Origin: an uncultured bacterium
GTDB taxonomy: Bacteria; Oederibacteriota; PGYV01; CAWJRG01
Direction of reading: 5' to 3'
NCBI GenBank assembly: GCA_963845185.1
Contig: CAWJRG010000009.1
Coordinates: 480,001 to 544,000 of the forward strand
DNA length: 64,000 nucleotides
The notes beneath the pieces were generated by a model. The model was not told the DNA's origin. It saw nothing but the letters and a program-made list of their open reading frames with translations, and did not search any database. Positions 20,853 to 29,736 of this stretch are shown piece after piece. Position 1 is the stretch's first letter. Each line of letters starts with the position of its first letter. Position numbers and translations under genes: made by a program.

Positions 20853-23249
20853 ATGAACATAAAATTGCTGAAAAAGTCATTAGAAAAAAGGATTATACTG
20901 CTTGACGGATCAACCGGCGCCGCATTGCAGCGGCGCGGCATGCCAAGCGGAGTATGCCCGGAGAAATGGGCTCTGGACAATCCTGAAGCGCTTATTCAGC
21001 TGCAAAAAGAATATATTAATGCAGGCTCTGAAATAATATTAACGTTTACTTTAGGAGGTACCCGGGCAAAACTTTCCGAATACGGCATGGAAAAAGAAGC
21101 CGTAAAAATAAATACGGGCCTTGCCGAAGTATCGAAAAAAACGGCTGGAAAAAACGCGCTTGTGGCCGGTGACATAGGGCCGACCGGACGCTTTCCCAGG
21201 CCATTTGGAGATATGGCTTTTGCTGAATGCGTTGACATGTTTAAAGAGCAGGTTTGCGGCCTTTTGAAGGGCGGGGTTGATTTATTCCTTATAGAAACAA
21301 TGTTTGACATACAGGAGGCAAGGGCTGCCCTGCTTGCCGTAAAAGAGTCGTGCAGTTTGCCTGTAATGGTAAGCATGACTTATGACGAGACTCAAAGGAC
21401 CATAACAGGCACAGACCCTGTGTCTGCCCTGATAACCCTGCAGAACCTGGGAGCTGATTTTGTGGGCGTGAACTGCTCGACAGGGCCAAAAGAAATCGTC
21501 AGGATCATTAAAATAATGAAGCCTTACGCGGAAGTTCCTCTTTTTGCAAAGCCAAACGCGGGCCTGCCGAGGCTTGTAAAGGGGAAAACAGTTTTCAAGA
21601 TGGGCGCAGGGGAATTCGCCTCATATACAAAGGCATTTGTTAAGGCAGGGGTAAACATGCTCGGCGGATGCTGCGGCACAACGCCTGAATTTATAAAAGA
21701 GATAAAAAAGAAATTAAAAGGCTCAAAACCTGCAAAAGCGAAAATAAAACCATACAGCGCGGTCTCGTCCAGCCGCAATACTGTGATGATCGGGGCAGGC
21801 AAAGAGCCTATAATAGTAGGCGAACGCATAAACCCCACGGGCAAAAAGCTGCTGCAGGAAGAATTAAGGCAGGGCAAGACAACTGAAACCATGCGTTTTG
21901 CTCAGGAACAGCTGGAACACGGCGCGAAAATCCTTGATGTAAATGTCGGGATGCCCGGCATAGATGAAAAACAGACAATGACGGATGCCGTGGAGCTGCT
22001 CAGCGCGGCTGCTGAATCCCCGCTATGCATTGATTCTTCATCGCCCGATGTCATAGAATCAGCGCTAAGGATTTACCCGGGCAGGGCATTGATAAACTCC
22101 ATATCGGGTGAAAAGAATAAATTGAAAAAACTTTTGCCGGTAGCTGCCAGGTACGGGGCGATGTTCATACTGCTGCCGATAACAGAAAAGGGCGTGCCTG
22201 AGACAGCAGAGAAAAGGATAGCTGTAATAAAGAAGGTTTTTAAAGAGGCGCAAAAATATGGTTTTGAAAAAAAGGATATTGTAATAGACGGGCTTGTCAT
22301 GACAGTTTCATCGAACCGGGATGCAGCAAAAGAAACCTTAAAAGTTATAGCATGGGCGAAAAAGAACGGTTTTAACTCAATTGTAGGCCTGTCAAACGTG
22401 TCTTTTGGCCTGCCTGAAAGGCAGGTTATAAATTCCACTTTCTTTAGCCTTGCACGCAAAAAAGGCCTGACCATGGCAATAGCAAACCCAATGGCTGATT
22501 TGACGATAAAAGATAAAATGGCAGAAGATGTCCTGCTTGGCAGGGACAAGAATGCAGCTGCGTTTATTGCGCGCTTCTCGCAAATAAAACCTGAAGCGCA
22601 GAAACAGGCATCCCGGATTAACACAACCGATGCCATATTCAACGCGGTAGTAAAGGGCAATAAGGAAAGTATCGTTGATTTGATAGACACGGCATTAAAG
22701 GAAAAACAGGATCCAAAAGAAATTACAGACAACATACTCATCCCAGCCATAAACAAAGTCGGGGAACTTTACGATAAAAAAGAATATTTCCTGCCGCAGC
22801 TTATAGCGAGCGCGGAGGCAATGAAGACAGCTTTCGCAAAGCTGGAACCGCTGCTTGCCGGCAAAACCATTCAGGGCAACAAGGCGAAGATAGTAATAGC
22901 CACTGTTAAAGGAGATATACACGACATTGGCAAAAACATAGTTGTATTGATGCTTAAAAACTACGGTTTTGAGGTTTATGACCTTGGCAAGGATGTGCAC
23001 GAGTATGTGATAGTAGCCAAGGCAAAAGAGGTGAATCCTGACATAATTGCGCTATCGGCGCTTATGACCACTACGATGGTTGAGATGAAGGTTGTAATAG
23101 ACAAAGCAAAACAGGAAGGACTGAAATGCAAATTCCTGATAGGCGGGGCAGTGATAACCTCTGCCTTTGCGCAGGAAATAGGCGCTGACGGATACGCCCG
23201 TGACGCGTATGAAGCGGTAAAAAAGGCAAAGATACTGACAGGGAAATGA
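20853..23249 (+). CDS. metH: Cobalamin-dependent methionine synthase (homocysteine-, folate- and B12-binding modules)
   Basis: GVNCS, KPNAGLP, GGCCGTTP, GERINPTGKK, GLSNVSFGLP, ATVKGDIHDIGKNIV, LSALMTTT. Confidence 0.92.
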   Translation: MNIKLLKKSLEKRIILLDGSTGAALQRRGMPSGVCPEKWALDNPEALIQLQKEYINAGSEIILTFTLGGTRAKLSEYGMEKEAVKINTGLAEVSKKTAGKNALVAGDIGPTGRFPRPFGDMAFAECVDMFKEQVCGLLKGGVDLFLIETMFDIQEARAALLAVKESCSLPVMVSMTYDETQRTITGTDPVSALITLQNLGADFVGVNCSTGPKEIVRIIKIMKPYAEVPLFAKPNAGLPRLVKGKTVFKMGAGEFASYTKAFVKAGVNMLGGCCGTTPEFIKEIKKKLKGSKPAKAKIKPYSAVSSSRNTVMIGAGKEPIIVGERINPTGKKLLQEELRQGKTTETMRFAQEQLEHGAKILDVNVGMPGIDEKQTMTDAVELLSAAAESPLCIDSSSPDVIESALRIYPGRALINSISGEKNKLKKLLPVAARYGAMFILLPITEKGVPETAEKRIAVIKKVFKEAQKYGFEKKDIVIDGLVMTVSSNRDAAKETLKVIAWAKKNGFNSIVGLSNVSFGLPERQVINSTFFSLARKKGLTMAIANPMADLTIKDKMAEDVLLGRDKNAAAFIARFSQIKPEAQKQASRINTTDAIFNAVVKGNKESIVDLIDTALKEKQDPKEITDNILIPAINKVGELYDKKEYFLPQLIASAEAMKTAFAKLEPLLAGKTIQGNKAKIVIATVKGDIHDIGKNIVVLMLKNYGFEVYDLGKDVHEYVIVAKAKEVNPDIIALSALMTTTMVEMKVVIDKAKQEGLKCKFLIGGAVITSAFAQEIGADGYARDAYEAVKKAKILTGK

Positions 23250-23310
23250 TTAAACGCAGGACGCAAAATCGTGTATTTTTTTTGATAAAACTTTAATAAA
23301 GGAGTGAAAA

Positions 23311-23745
23311 ATGCCGGAAGACATGTCAAGGTTGAGGGATGCTTAAAAAAAGGTTGATTTTTTTTATTCGTTAAGCTTTACGGAACTTGATGAACTGATT
23401 GGCGCGTTAAAAAAGAGGACAGCGCCCAAGGGACAGGTAATAATAAAACAGGGAGACAGGGGAGACACTTTTTATTTAATCAGCGCGGGTTCGGTCAAGG
23501 TTTCAGTTAAAAAAGGATTCTGGGGCAGCAAACAGGTGGCGGAGTTAAGGTCGGGGGATTTTTTCGGCGAAATGGCGCTCGTGTCGGACGAACCGAGGAG
23601 CGCGACTGTGACTGCCGATGATGCATGCGAACTTTTTGTCCTTTATAAAAAGGATTTTAAGGACATACTCCTTGCAAGCCCGAAGATATCCGCGATAATA
23701 AACAGGGTACTGGCTGACAGGAAATCGCAAAACAAAAAAGGCTGA
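23311..23745 (+). pseudogene. Cyclic-nucleotide-binding domain protein with in-frame TAA at codon 12
   Basis: RBS AAGGAG, then MPEDMSRLRDA*KKVDFFYSL...IIKQGDRGDTFYLI..G.VKV...GDFFGEMAL...PRSATV in one frame; stop at 23344-23346. Confidence 0.75.
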
Positions 23746-23806
23746 TTTTATAATATATTGCATTTTTTCAGTTGAAAAGGGCGGATAATTGATAAATTGT
23801 TTTTCC

Positions 23807-23834
23807 TTGACAACACTGAAAAATATGATATATT
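23807..23834 (+). promoter_or_regulatory. Putative sigma70 promoter of the hox operon
   Basis: TTGACA-16 bp-TATATT with extended -10 TG. Confidence 0.5.
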
Positions 23835-23890
23835 TTTCGTAATTTATTATAAAAAACCGCGACTATATAATTGTTTTTTTATATAATTTC

Positions 23891-23908
23891 TTGTGAGAAT
23901 ATTCACGA
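23891..23908. promoter_or_regulatory. Rex-like (or CRP/FNR-like) operator upstream of hoxF
   Basis: TTGTGAGAATATTCACGA versus Rex consensus TTGTGAANNNNTTCACAA (2 mismatches). Confidence 0.55.
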
Positions 23909-23910
23909 AC

Positions 23911-24104
23911 ATACCGCTTGTAATCGGCTGCAGCCGATGACTTGAGCGGGTATAAGAGCCCGTAATGTTTTGTCTGCGCTGGAAGCTTGACAAAATGTAC
24001 ACCTCTTGTCCTCAGCCTGAAGGCTTCGGACTGGAGCGGGTGTAAGTCGATGTAATTTTCGGCTGCACCCTGCGGGTTTGTCTCAAAAACATCGACTTAG
24101 GAGG
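23911..24104 (+). ncRNA. Tandem pair of an unassigned two-hairpin structured element in the hoxF leader (copies A1, A2)
   Basis: CCNCTTRT-stem-AYTKGARCGGG hairpin followed by a GTAAT..TTTTGYC/GRCAAAA hairpin; ends at GGAGG. Confidence 0.55.
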
Positions 24105-24112
24105 ACATTAAA

Positions 24113-25954
24113 ATGCCTAAAAAATCCGCTAAAAAAAGACCGGCAAAAAAATCTGCCGCACCATTTAAATCAAACAAGGTTTCCGCAATAATAAAAAAGT
24201 ACAATTTTGACCCGTCGCGCCTGATGGACATACTCCTCGACGTCCAGGCACAGCAGGGCTGCGTCAGTGAAGCTTCCATAAAAGAAATCGCAGCTGCAAC
24301 AGGTATCCCGATGGCAGATGTAAATCAGACCGCGAGCTTTTATCATTTTTTTTCCAAAAAGCCGTGGGGTAAATATACAATTTACCTCAACGACAGCCTG
24401 GTTTCCTGCTTTAAGGGTTTTGAGGAAGTAAAAGAAGCTTTTGAAAGGGCAACGGGCGTAAAATTCGGCAATGTCACAAAGGACGGCCTTATAGGCCTGT
24501 TCCTGACTGCGGATACCGGCATGAACGACCAGGAGCCGGCAGCGCTTATAAACGGCCAGGTTTTTACAAAACTTACGCCTGACAAAGCAAGGGCGATTAT
24601 CGCCGGTATATGCGAAGGCAAAACTGCCGAGGAATTAAAGGCGGCAAAATACGGAGACGGCAAAAATTCACACCCGCTTTTGAAATCAATGGTGCAAAAC
24701 AACCTGCTGCAAAAAGGCGAGGTTATTTTTTCGGATTACAAGCCGGGCGATGCAGTCAGGAAGATGGCAGCAATGAGCTCGACCGATGTAATAAATACAA
24801 TTAAAAATTCAGGATTGCGCGGCAGGGGCGGCGCGGGCTTCCCGACGGGATTGAAATGGGAATTATGCAGGAAAAACCAGGCGCCGAAGCATTTTATACT
24901 CTGCAACGCCGACGAGGGCGAACCGGGCACGTTTAAGGACAGGGTAATACTGACCGAGCTGCCCATGCTTGTATTTGAGGGCATAACAGTCGCGGGTTAC
25001 GCTATAGGCGCGGAACTCGGCATACTTTACCTGAGAAACGAATACATGTACATGAAGGATTATTTAAACAGCGCGCTTGAAGATATGAGAAAACAAGGCC
25101 TGCTCGGCAGCTCGATAGCAGGCAGGAAAGGCTTTAATTTTGACATAAGGATACAGTTCGGCGCGGGCGCGTATGTCTGCGGCGAGGAATCCGCACTTAT
25201 AGAATCAGCCGAGGGTAAAAGAGGGGAGCCGAGGGACAGGCCGCCTTTCCCCGTTGACAACGGATACCTGGGCATGCCTACGGCGGTAAATAACGTCGAG
25301 ACGCTGTCCGCGGCAGCGAAAATAATATCAAAAGGCGCGGAATGGTTCTCAAGCATGGGCACAAAAGACTCAAAAGGGACAAAAGTTTTAAGCGTATCAG
25401 GGGACTGCGCAAACCCCGGTGTCTATGAGGTTGTTTTCGGCACAAAAATAAAGGACATCATTAAAATGGCAGGCGCCGAAGACATCCAGGCAATACAGGT
25501 AGGCGGGCCGTCAGGAACATGCATAGCCCCTGAAAGTTTTGAAAGGGCAATTGCTTTTGAGGACATGCCTACGGGCGGAGCTTTGATAGTTATTGGAAAC
25601 AAAAGGTCGCTTTTAAAAGAAGTGGTGTTGAATTACCTTGAATTTTTTATAGAAGAATCATGCGGTTCCTGCGTGCCGTGCAGGGCAATGACCGTGATGT
25701 ACAAAAAGTCCGTGGAAAAGCTTCTCCGCGGATATGCAACGAAGGCGGACATTGACGCCATGCTTTCGTGGGAAGCAGTGATGAAAAAAAACAGGTGCGG
25801 CCTTGGCCAGACAGCCATGAACCCGGCTGTGACAACAATAAAAAATTTCAGGAAACTATATGACAGCATGATAAAAATTACAGACGACAGCATAAAGCCG
25901 TCATTTGATGAAGAGGCAGCTGTGAAAGATTATAATGAAGCGGTAAAAATATAA
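24113..25954 (+). CDS. hoxF: NAD-reducing hydrogenase diaphorase large subunit (NuoE-like plus NuoF-like)
   Basis: SGLRGRGGAGFPTGLKW, CNADEGEPGTFKDR, GAGAYVCGEESAL, ESCGSCVPCR, CGLGQT. Confidence 0.9.
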   Translation: MPKKSAKKRPAKKSAAPFKSNKVSAIIKKYNFDPSRLMDILLDVQAQQGCVSEASIKEIAAATGIPMADVNQTASFYHFFSKKPWGKYTIYLNDSLVSCFKGFEEVKEAFERATGVKFGNVTKDGLIGLFLTADTGMNDQEPAALINGQVFTKLTPDKARAIIAGICEGKTAEELKAAKYGDGKNSHPLLKSMVQNNLLQKGEVIFSDYKPGDAVRKMAAMSSTDVINTIKNSGLRGRGGAGFPTGLKWELCRKNQAPKHFILCNADEGEPGTFKDRVILTELPMLVFEGITVAGYAIGAELGILYLRNEYMYMKDYLNSALEDMRKQGLLGSSIAGRKGFNFDIRIQFGAGAYVCGEESALIESAEGKRGEPRDRPPFPVDNGYLGMPTAVNNVETLSAAAKIISKGAEWFSSMGTKDSKGTKVLSVSGDCANPGVYEVVFGTKIKDIIKMAGAEDIQAIQVGGPSGTCIAPESFERAIAFEDMPTGGALIVIGNKRSLLKEVVLNYLEFFIEESCGSCVPCRAMTVMYKKSVEKLLRGYATKADIDAMLSWEAVMKKNRCGLGQTAMNPAVTTIKNFRKLYDSMIKITDDSIKPSFDEEAAVKDYNEAVKI

Positions 25955-25982
25955 ATATATACCCTAAAAAAGGAGCAAAAAT

Positions 25983-26675
25983 ATGGCAGCGATAGTCAGG
26001 TTCAAAATAGACGGAAAGGAATGCATGACCGAGGAAGGGAAATTCCTCGTGGAAGCCGCGAAAGACAACGGCGTTTACATACCCACGCTTTGCAACTATG
26101 AGGGCGTGAAGCCCCAGGGCTCGTGCAGGATATGCAATGTGCTCATTAACGGCAGGCCTGCCACTGCATGCACTACAAAGGTAACCGAAGGCATTGACGT
26201 GCAGAACATAACACCGGAACTCGAGGAGTTCAGGAAAACCGTTATTGAGCTTTTATTTGCCGAAGGCAACCACCTTTGCCCGTCATGCGAAAAAAGCGGG
26301 ACCTGCGAGCTGCAGGCGCTCGGATACAGGTACAGAATGATGGTGCCGAGGTTCCCTTACCTTTACCCGTCCAGGGAAATAGAGGCATGGCACCCGAAGC
26401 TCATGAAAGACCACAATAGGTGCATTCAGTGCAAAAGGTGCATAAGGGGCATAAGCAGTAAAGACGGCAAGAATATATTCGCGTTCGCTAAACGCGGGGA
26501 GGAAGTAATAATAGCCATCGACACTGAGACGTCGGCAAATATGAGCGATGAACTGGCGCAGAAAGCAATGGATATATGCCCGGTAGGCGCGATACTCAGG
26601 AAAAGAAAAGGATTTGACGTGCCGATCGGAAAAAGAAAATACGATTCTGCGCCCATCGGGAGCGATGTAAAATAA
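25983..26675 (+). CDS. hoxU: NAD-reducing hydrogenase diaphorase small subunit
   Basis: IPTLC...GSCRIC...AC, HLCPSCEKSGTCELQ, RCIQCKRC, ICPVGAI. Confidence 0.9.
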   Translation: MAAIVRFKIDGKECMTEEGKFLVEAAKDNGVYIPTLCNYEGVKPQGSCRICNVLINGRPATACTTKVTEGIDVQNITPELEEFRKTVIELLFAEGNHLCPSCEKSGTCELQALGYRYRMMVPRFPYLYPSREIEAWHPKLMKDHNRCIQCKRCIRGISSKDGKNIFAFAKRGEEVIIAIDTETSANMSDELAQKAMDICPVGAILRKRKGFDVPIGKRKYDSAPIGSDVK

Positions 26676-26737
26676 CGTTAATCGTTGATTGTTGACCGTT
26701 GTTCATATATTGAAAAAAACCAGAAACTGAAAATAAC

Positions 26738-26844
26738 GCACCGCTTATCCCCGGCTAAAGCCTTGGATTTGAGCGGGTGCTAAGATTCCGTAAGACTTTG
26801 CCTTTGCTGCTGACGCCGGGCAAAATCAACGGAACCTAAGGAGG
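26738..26844 (+). ncRNA. Two-hairpin structured element, copy B, directly upstream of the hoxY RBS
   Basis: GCACCGCTTATCC...GGATTTGAGCGGGTGC, then TTCCGT...TTTGCC...GGCAAA...ACGGAA, then AAGGAGG. Confidence 0.5.
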
Positions 26845-26849
26845 AATAA

Positions 26850-27401
26850 ATGGACAAGAAAATAATAGCAACAGCGTCGCTGGCAGGGTGTTTCGGGTGC
26901 CACATGTCATTTCTCGATATTGACGAGAGGATCCTTGATTTAATAGAAATTGTGGAATTCAACAAGTCGCCGATTGACGACATCAAGGAATTTACAAAAG
27001 AGTGCGACATCGGCCTGATAGAGGGCGGATGCTGCAACGACGAGAACGTGCATAATTTAAAGAATTTCAGGAAGCACTGCAAGATACTTGTTTCCGTGGG
27101 TGAGTGCGCCATAATGGGCGGACTGCCTGCGCTAAGGAACTGGATACCGCTTAAGGAATGCCTGGACGAAGCGTATTTAAACGGCCCGACAGTAAGCGAT
27201 GCAAACCCGCAAAAAATAATACCAAACGATCCCGATATACCGAAAATACTCGATAAAGTGTACCCGTGCCACGAAATAGTAAAGATAGACTATTTCCTGC
27301 CGGGGTGCCCGCCGAGGGCTGACCTCATATGGAACGCATTGTACGCGCTTGTCACAGGCAGCGAGCTTAAGCTGCCTTATGAAGTTTTTAAGTTTGATTA
27401 A
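26850..27401 (+). CDS. hoxY: [NiFe]-hydrogenase small subunit
   Basis: GCFGCHMS, EGG, GECA, PGCPP. Confidence 0.9.
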   Translation: MDKKIIATASLAGCFGCHMSFLDIDERILDLIEIVEFNKSPIDDIKEFTKECDIGLIEGGCCNDENVHNLKNFRKHCKILVSVGECAIMGGLPALRNWIPLKECLDEAYLNGPTVSDANPQKIIPNDPDIPKILDKVYPCHEIVKIDYFLPGCPPRADLIWNALYALVTGSELKLPYEVFKFD

Positions 27402-27410
27402 TAAATTCAT

Positions 27411-27438
27411 GTAGAGACACGCTATGGCGTGTTTTTAC
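27411..27438. repeat. GTAG-type REP-like palindrome
   Basis: GTAGAGACACGC-TATG-GCGTGTTTTTAC. Confidence 0.6.
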
Positions 27439-27463
27439 GATAAATTATAAAGGAGCAAGAACA

Positions 27464-28915
27464 ATGGGTAAAAAGATAACAATTGAACCTGTTACAAGAG
27501 TTGAAGGCCACGGCAAGGTCACAATAAACCTTGATGACCAGGGTAATGTAAGCCAGACAAGGCTGCATGTGGTCGAATTCAGGGGTTTTGAGCGCTTTGT
27601 ACAGGGCAGGCCTTACTGGGAGGCTCCGGTACTCGTGCAGAGGCTGTGCGGGATATGCCCGGTAAGCCATCATTTAGCAGCGGCAAAGGCAATGGATGTG
27701 GTAGTCGGGGCAGGCACAGGAAACGGACTTACGCCTGTTGCTGAAAAGATGAGAAGGTTGATGCATTACGGACAGATGTTCCAGTCGCACTCGCTCCATT
27801 TTTTCCATCTTGCTTCGCCTGATTTACTTTTCGGCTATGACTCTGACCCGGTAAAAAGGAACGTCATTGGCGTCGCGATGGCGAACAAGGAGCTTGCAGT
27901 GCAGGCTGTTTTTATGAGGAAATTCGGGCAGGAAATAATAGCTGCCACAGCCGGGAAAAAGATACACGGCACTGGAGCTGTGCCCGGAGGAATAAACAAG
28001 AATTTAAGCACTGAAGAAAGGGATAAGTTTTTAAAAGGCAAGGACCCGCTTAACGCTGACAAGATGATAGAGTGGGCGCAGGGCGCGCTTGCGTTTTTTA
28101 AGGATTATTACAAAAAGAACAAGGATTTTATTGATAACTTTTCGCAGTTCCCGTCAAACCATCTGTCTCTTGTAAAAAAAGACGGCGGTCTTGACCTATA
28201 TCACGGCGTTTTAAGGGCCGTGGACGCAAACGGCAAGAAAATATTCGATAAAGTTGACTGCCAGGATTACCTTAAATACATAAGGGAGGAAGTAAAATCA
28301 TGGAGCTACATGAAATTCCCTTATATTAAACAGCTCGGGCCGGAAAAAGGCTGGTACAGGGTGGGCCCATTGGCAAGGCTGAATACTGCTGATTACATAC
28401 CTACACCGCTCGCACAGAAGGAATTTGAGGCGTATAAAGCTGTAACAAAAGGCAAACCTAACTATATGTGCATGCATACTCATTGGGCCAGGCTAATTGA
28501 AACCCTGCATTCGGCGGAAATGATAAAAAAACTGTTACAGGACCCGGACTTGCAGAAGGAAAATCTTGTCAAGACAGGCAAGAGGCAGAAAGAGGGCGTA
28601 GGGATAATCGAAGCGCCGAGAGGCACTCTTTTTCACCACTATGCGGTTGACGCCAATGACCAGATAACAATGTCAAACCTTATAGTGTCGACCACAAACA
28701 ACAACGAGTCCATGAACAGGTCCGTGAATTATATCGCAAAAGCCATGATGACAAAGAAACCTCAGATAACCGAAGGCATGATGAACGCGGTTGAGGTAGG
28801 CATCAGGGCATATGACCCATGCCTGTCGTGCGCCACGCACGCATACGGCGAAATGCCGCTTGAGATAACACTGAGAGACGCGAAAGGCAAAGTGATTGAA
28901 AAGAAATACAAATAA
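27464..28915 (+). CDS. hoxH: [NiFe]-hydrogenase large subunit (group 3d type)
   Basis: TRVEGHG, RLCGICPVSH (L1), EAPRGTL, DPCLSCATH (L2) followed by a cleavable C-terminal extension. Confidence 0.93.
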   Translation: MGKKITIEPVTRVEGHGKVTINLDDQGNVSQTRLHVVEFRGFERFVQGRPYWEAPVLVQRLCGICPVSHHLAAAKAMDVVVGAGTGNGLTPVAEKMRRLMHYGQMFQSHSLHFFHLASPDLLFGYDSDPVKRNVIGVAMANKELAVQAVFMRKFGQEIIAATAGKKIHGTGAVPGGINKNLSTEERDKFLKGKDPLNADKMIEWAQGALAFFKDYYKKNKDFIDNFSQFPSNHLSLVKKDGGLDLYHGVLRAVDANGKKIFDKVDCQDYLKYIREEVKSWSYMKFPYIKQLGPEKGWYRVGPLARLNTADYIPTPLAQKEFEAYKAVTKGKPNYMCMHTHWARLIETLHSAEMIKKLLQDPDLQKENLVKTGKRQKEGVGIIEAPRGTLFHHYAVDANDQITMSNLIVSTTNNNESMNRSVNYIAKAMMTKKPQITEGMMNAVEVGIRAYDPCLSCATHAYGEMPLEITLRDAKGKVIEKKYK

Positions 28916-29022
28916 ATTATTCGCTCGACTTCGATCGGGGCTACAAAATTAGAACAATAAAAAGCGGGGGACACCCCAGTGATGACACATCACTATTGAT
29001 TTAATTGCGGACGCAATCAAAT

Positions 29023-29051
29023 TTGACATAACGCTATCCATGTGATATAAT
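29023..29051 (+). promoter_or_regulatory. Putative sigma70 promoter
   Basis: TTGACA-17 bp-TATAAT with extended -10 TG. Confidence 0.6.
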
Positions 29052-29069
29052 TTGTGTCAAGAGGCGAAT

Positions 29070-29666
29070 ATGAAAAAGCAAATAATCACAATTTCAATCT
29101 TTTTTTTAATATTGTCAATTTCATCATGCCATCCAAATAAAAATAATCCTAATATGCCAAGACCTACAAATACGCCTTTTGCAGCGACATCCACAATAAC
29201 ACCAACCTGCGCGAGCGGAGGCAATAAAATTCAGAATTTAACAATATCACCCAGTACTGTTTTGGCCGGGCAGAATATCACGATAACATTCCAGTTTAAA
29301 GGAACAAATACAGGATGTAAACTCGCGTATTTTGCGGCATTATCAAATAAATGCTATATGCAAAATGCCGGTACAGCAGGCCAGGCAATACTGGTAAATG
29401 AAGCGGGAATAAATATTGCCTGCTGCAATGCGCAGGTGAACAGCGGAAGGGCGAGTCAATGCAATGGGGACAGCGCATGGCACAATAACACCGACGCTTC
29501 CTGCGGCATGGAAGCAGGAGGCGCGTCCATTTACATGACCGTGCCTTCATACTGGGTGACTGGATATTATTATGTGCTTGTTGGCGTGAGGGAATGCAAT
29601 GTATATGTAAATCCCGCGCCTTATTTGGATGATATTATATCAGCAGCATTTACAGTGAGTCCATAA
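29070..29666 (+). CDS. Cys-rich putative lipoprotein, unknown function
   Basis: MKKQ plus hydrophobic stretch plus ISSC lipobox-like motif; ATG after GAGG. Confidence 0.65.
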   Translation: MKKQIITISIFFLILSISSCHPNKNNPNMPRPTNTPFAATSTITPTCASGGNKIQNLTISPSTVLAGQNITITFQFKGTNTGCKLAYFAALSNKCYMQNAGTAGQAILVNEAGINIACCNAQVNSGRASQCNGDSAWHNNTDASCGMEAGGASIYMTVPSYWVTGYYYVLVGVRECNVYVNPAPYLDDIISAAFTVSP

Positions 29667-29736
29667 TTTAAAATATAGGCGGCATTTACAGGCTTTGATT
29701 AAGATGTAAACAAAGGAAAAATAAAGGAGGCATCAA

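Noticed and set aside
26676..26704. Degenerate 7-mer runs (CGTTAAT-CGTTGAT-TGTTGAC; also GTTCAAG-type at ~47463 and ~52654)
   Set aside because: Too short and degenerate to support a feature; no associated gene nearby
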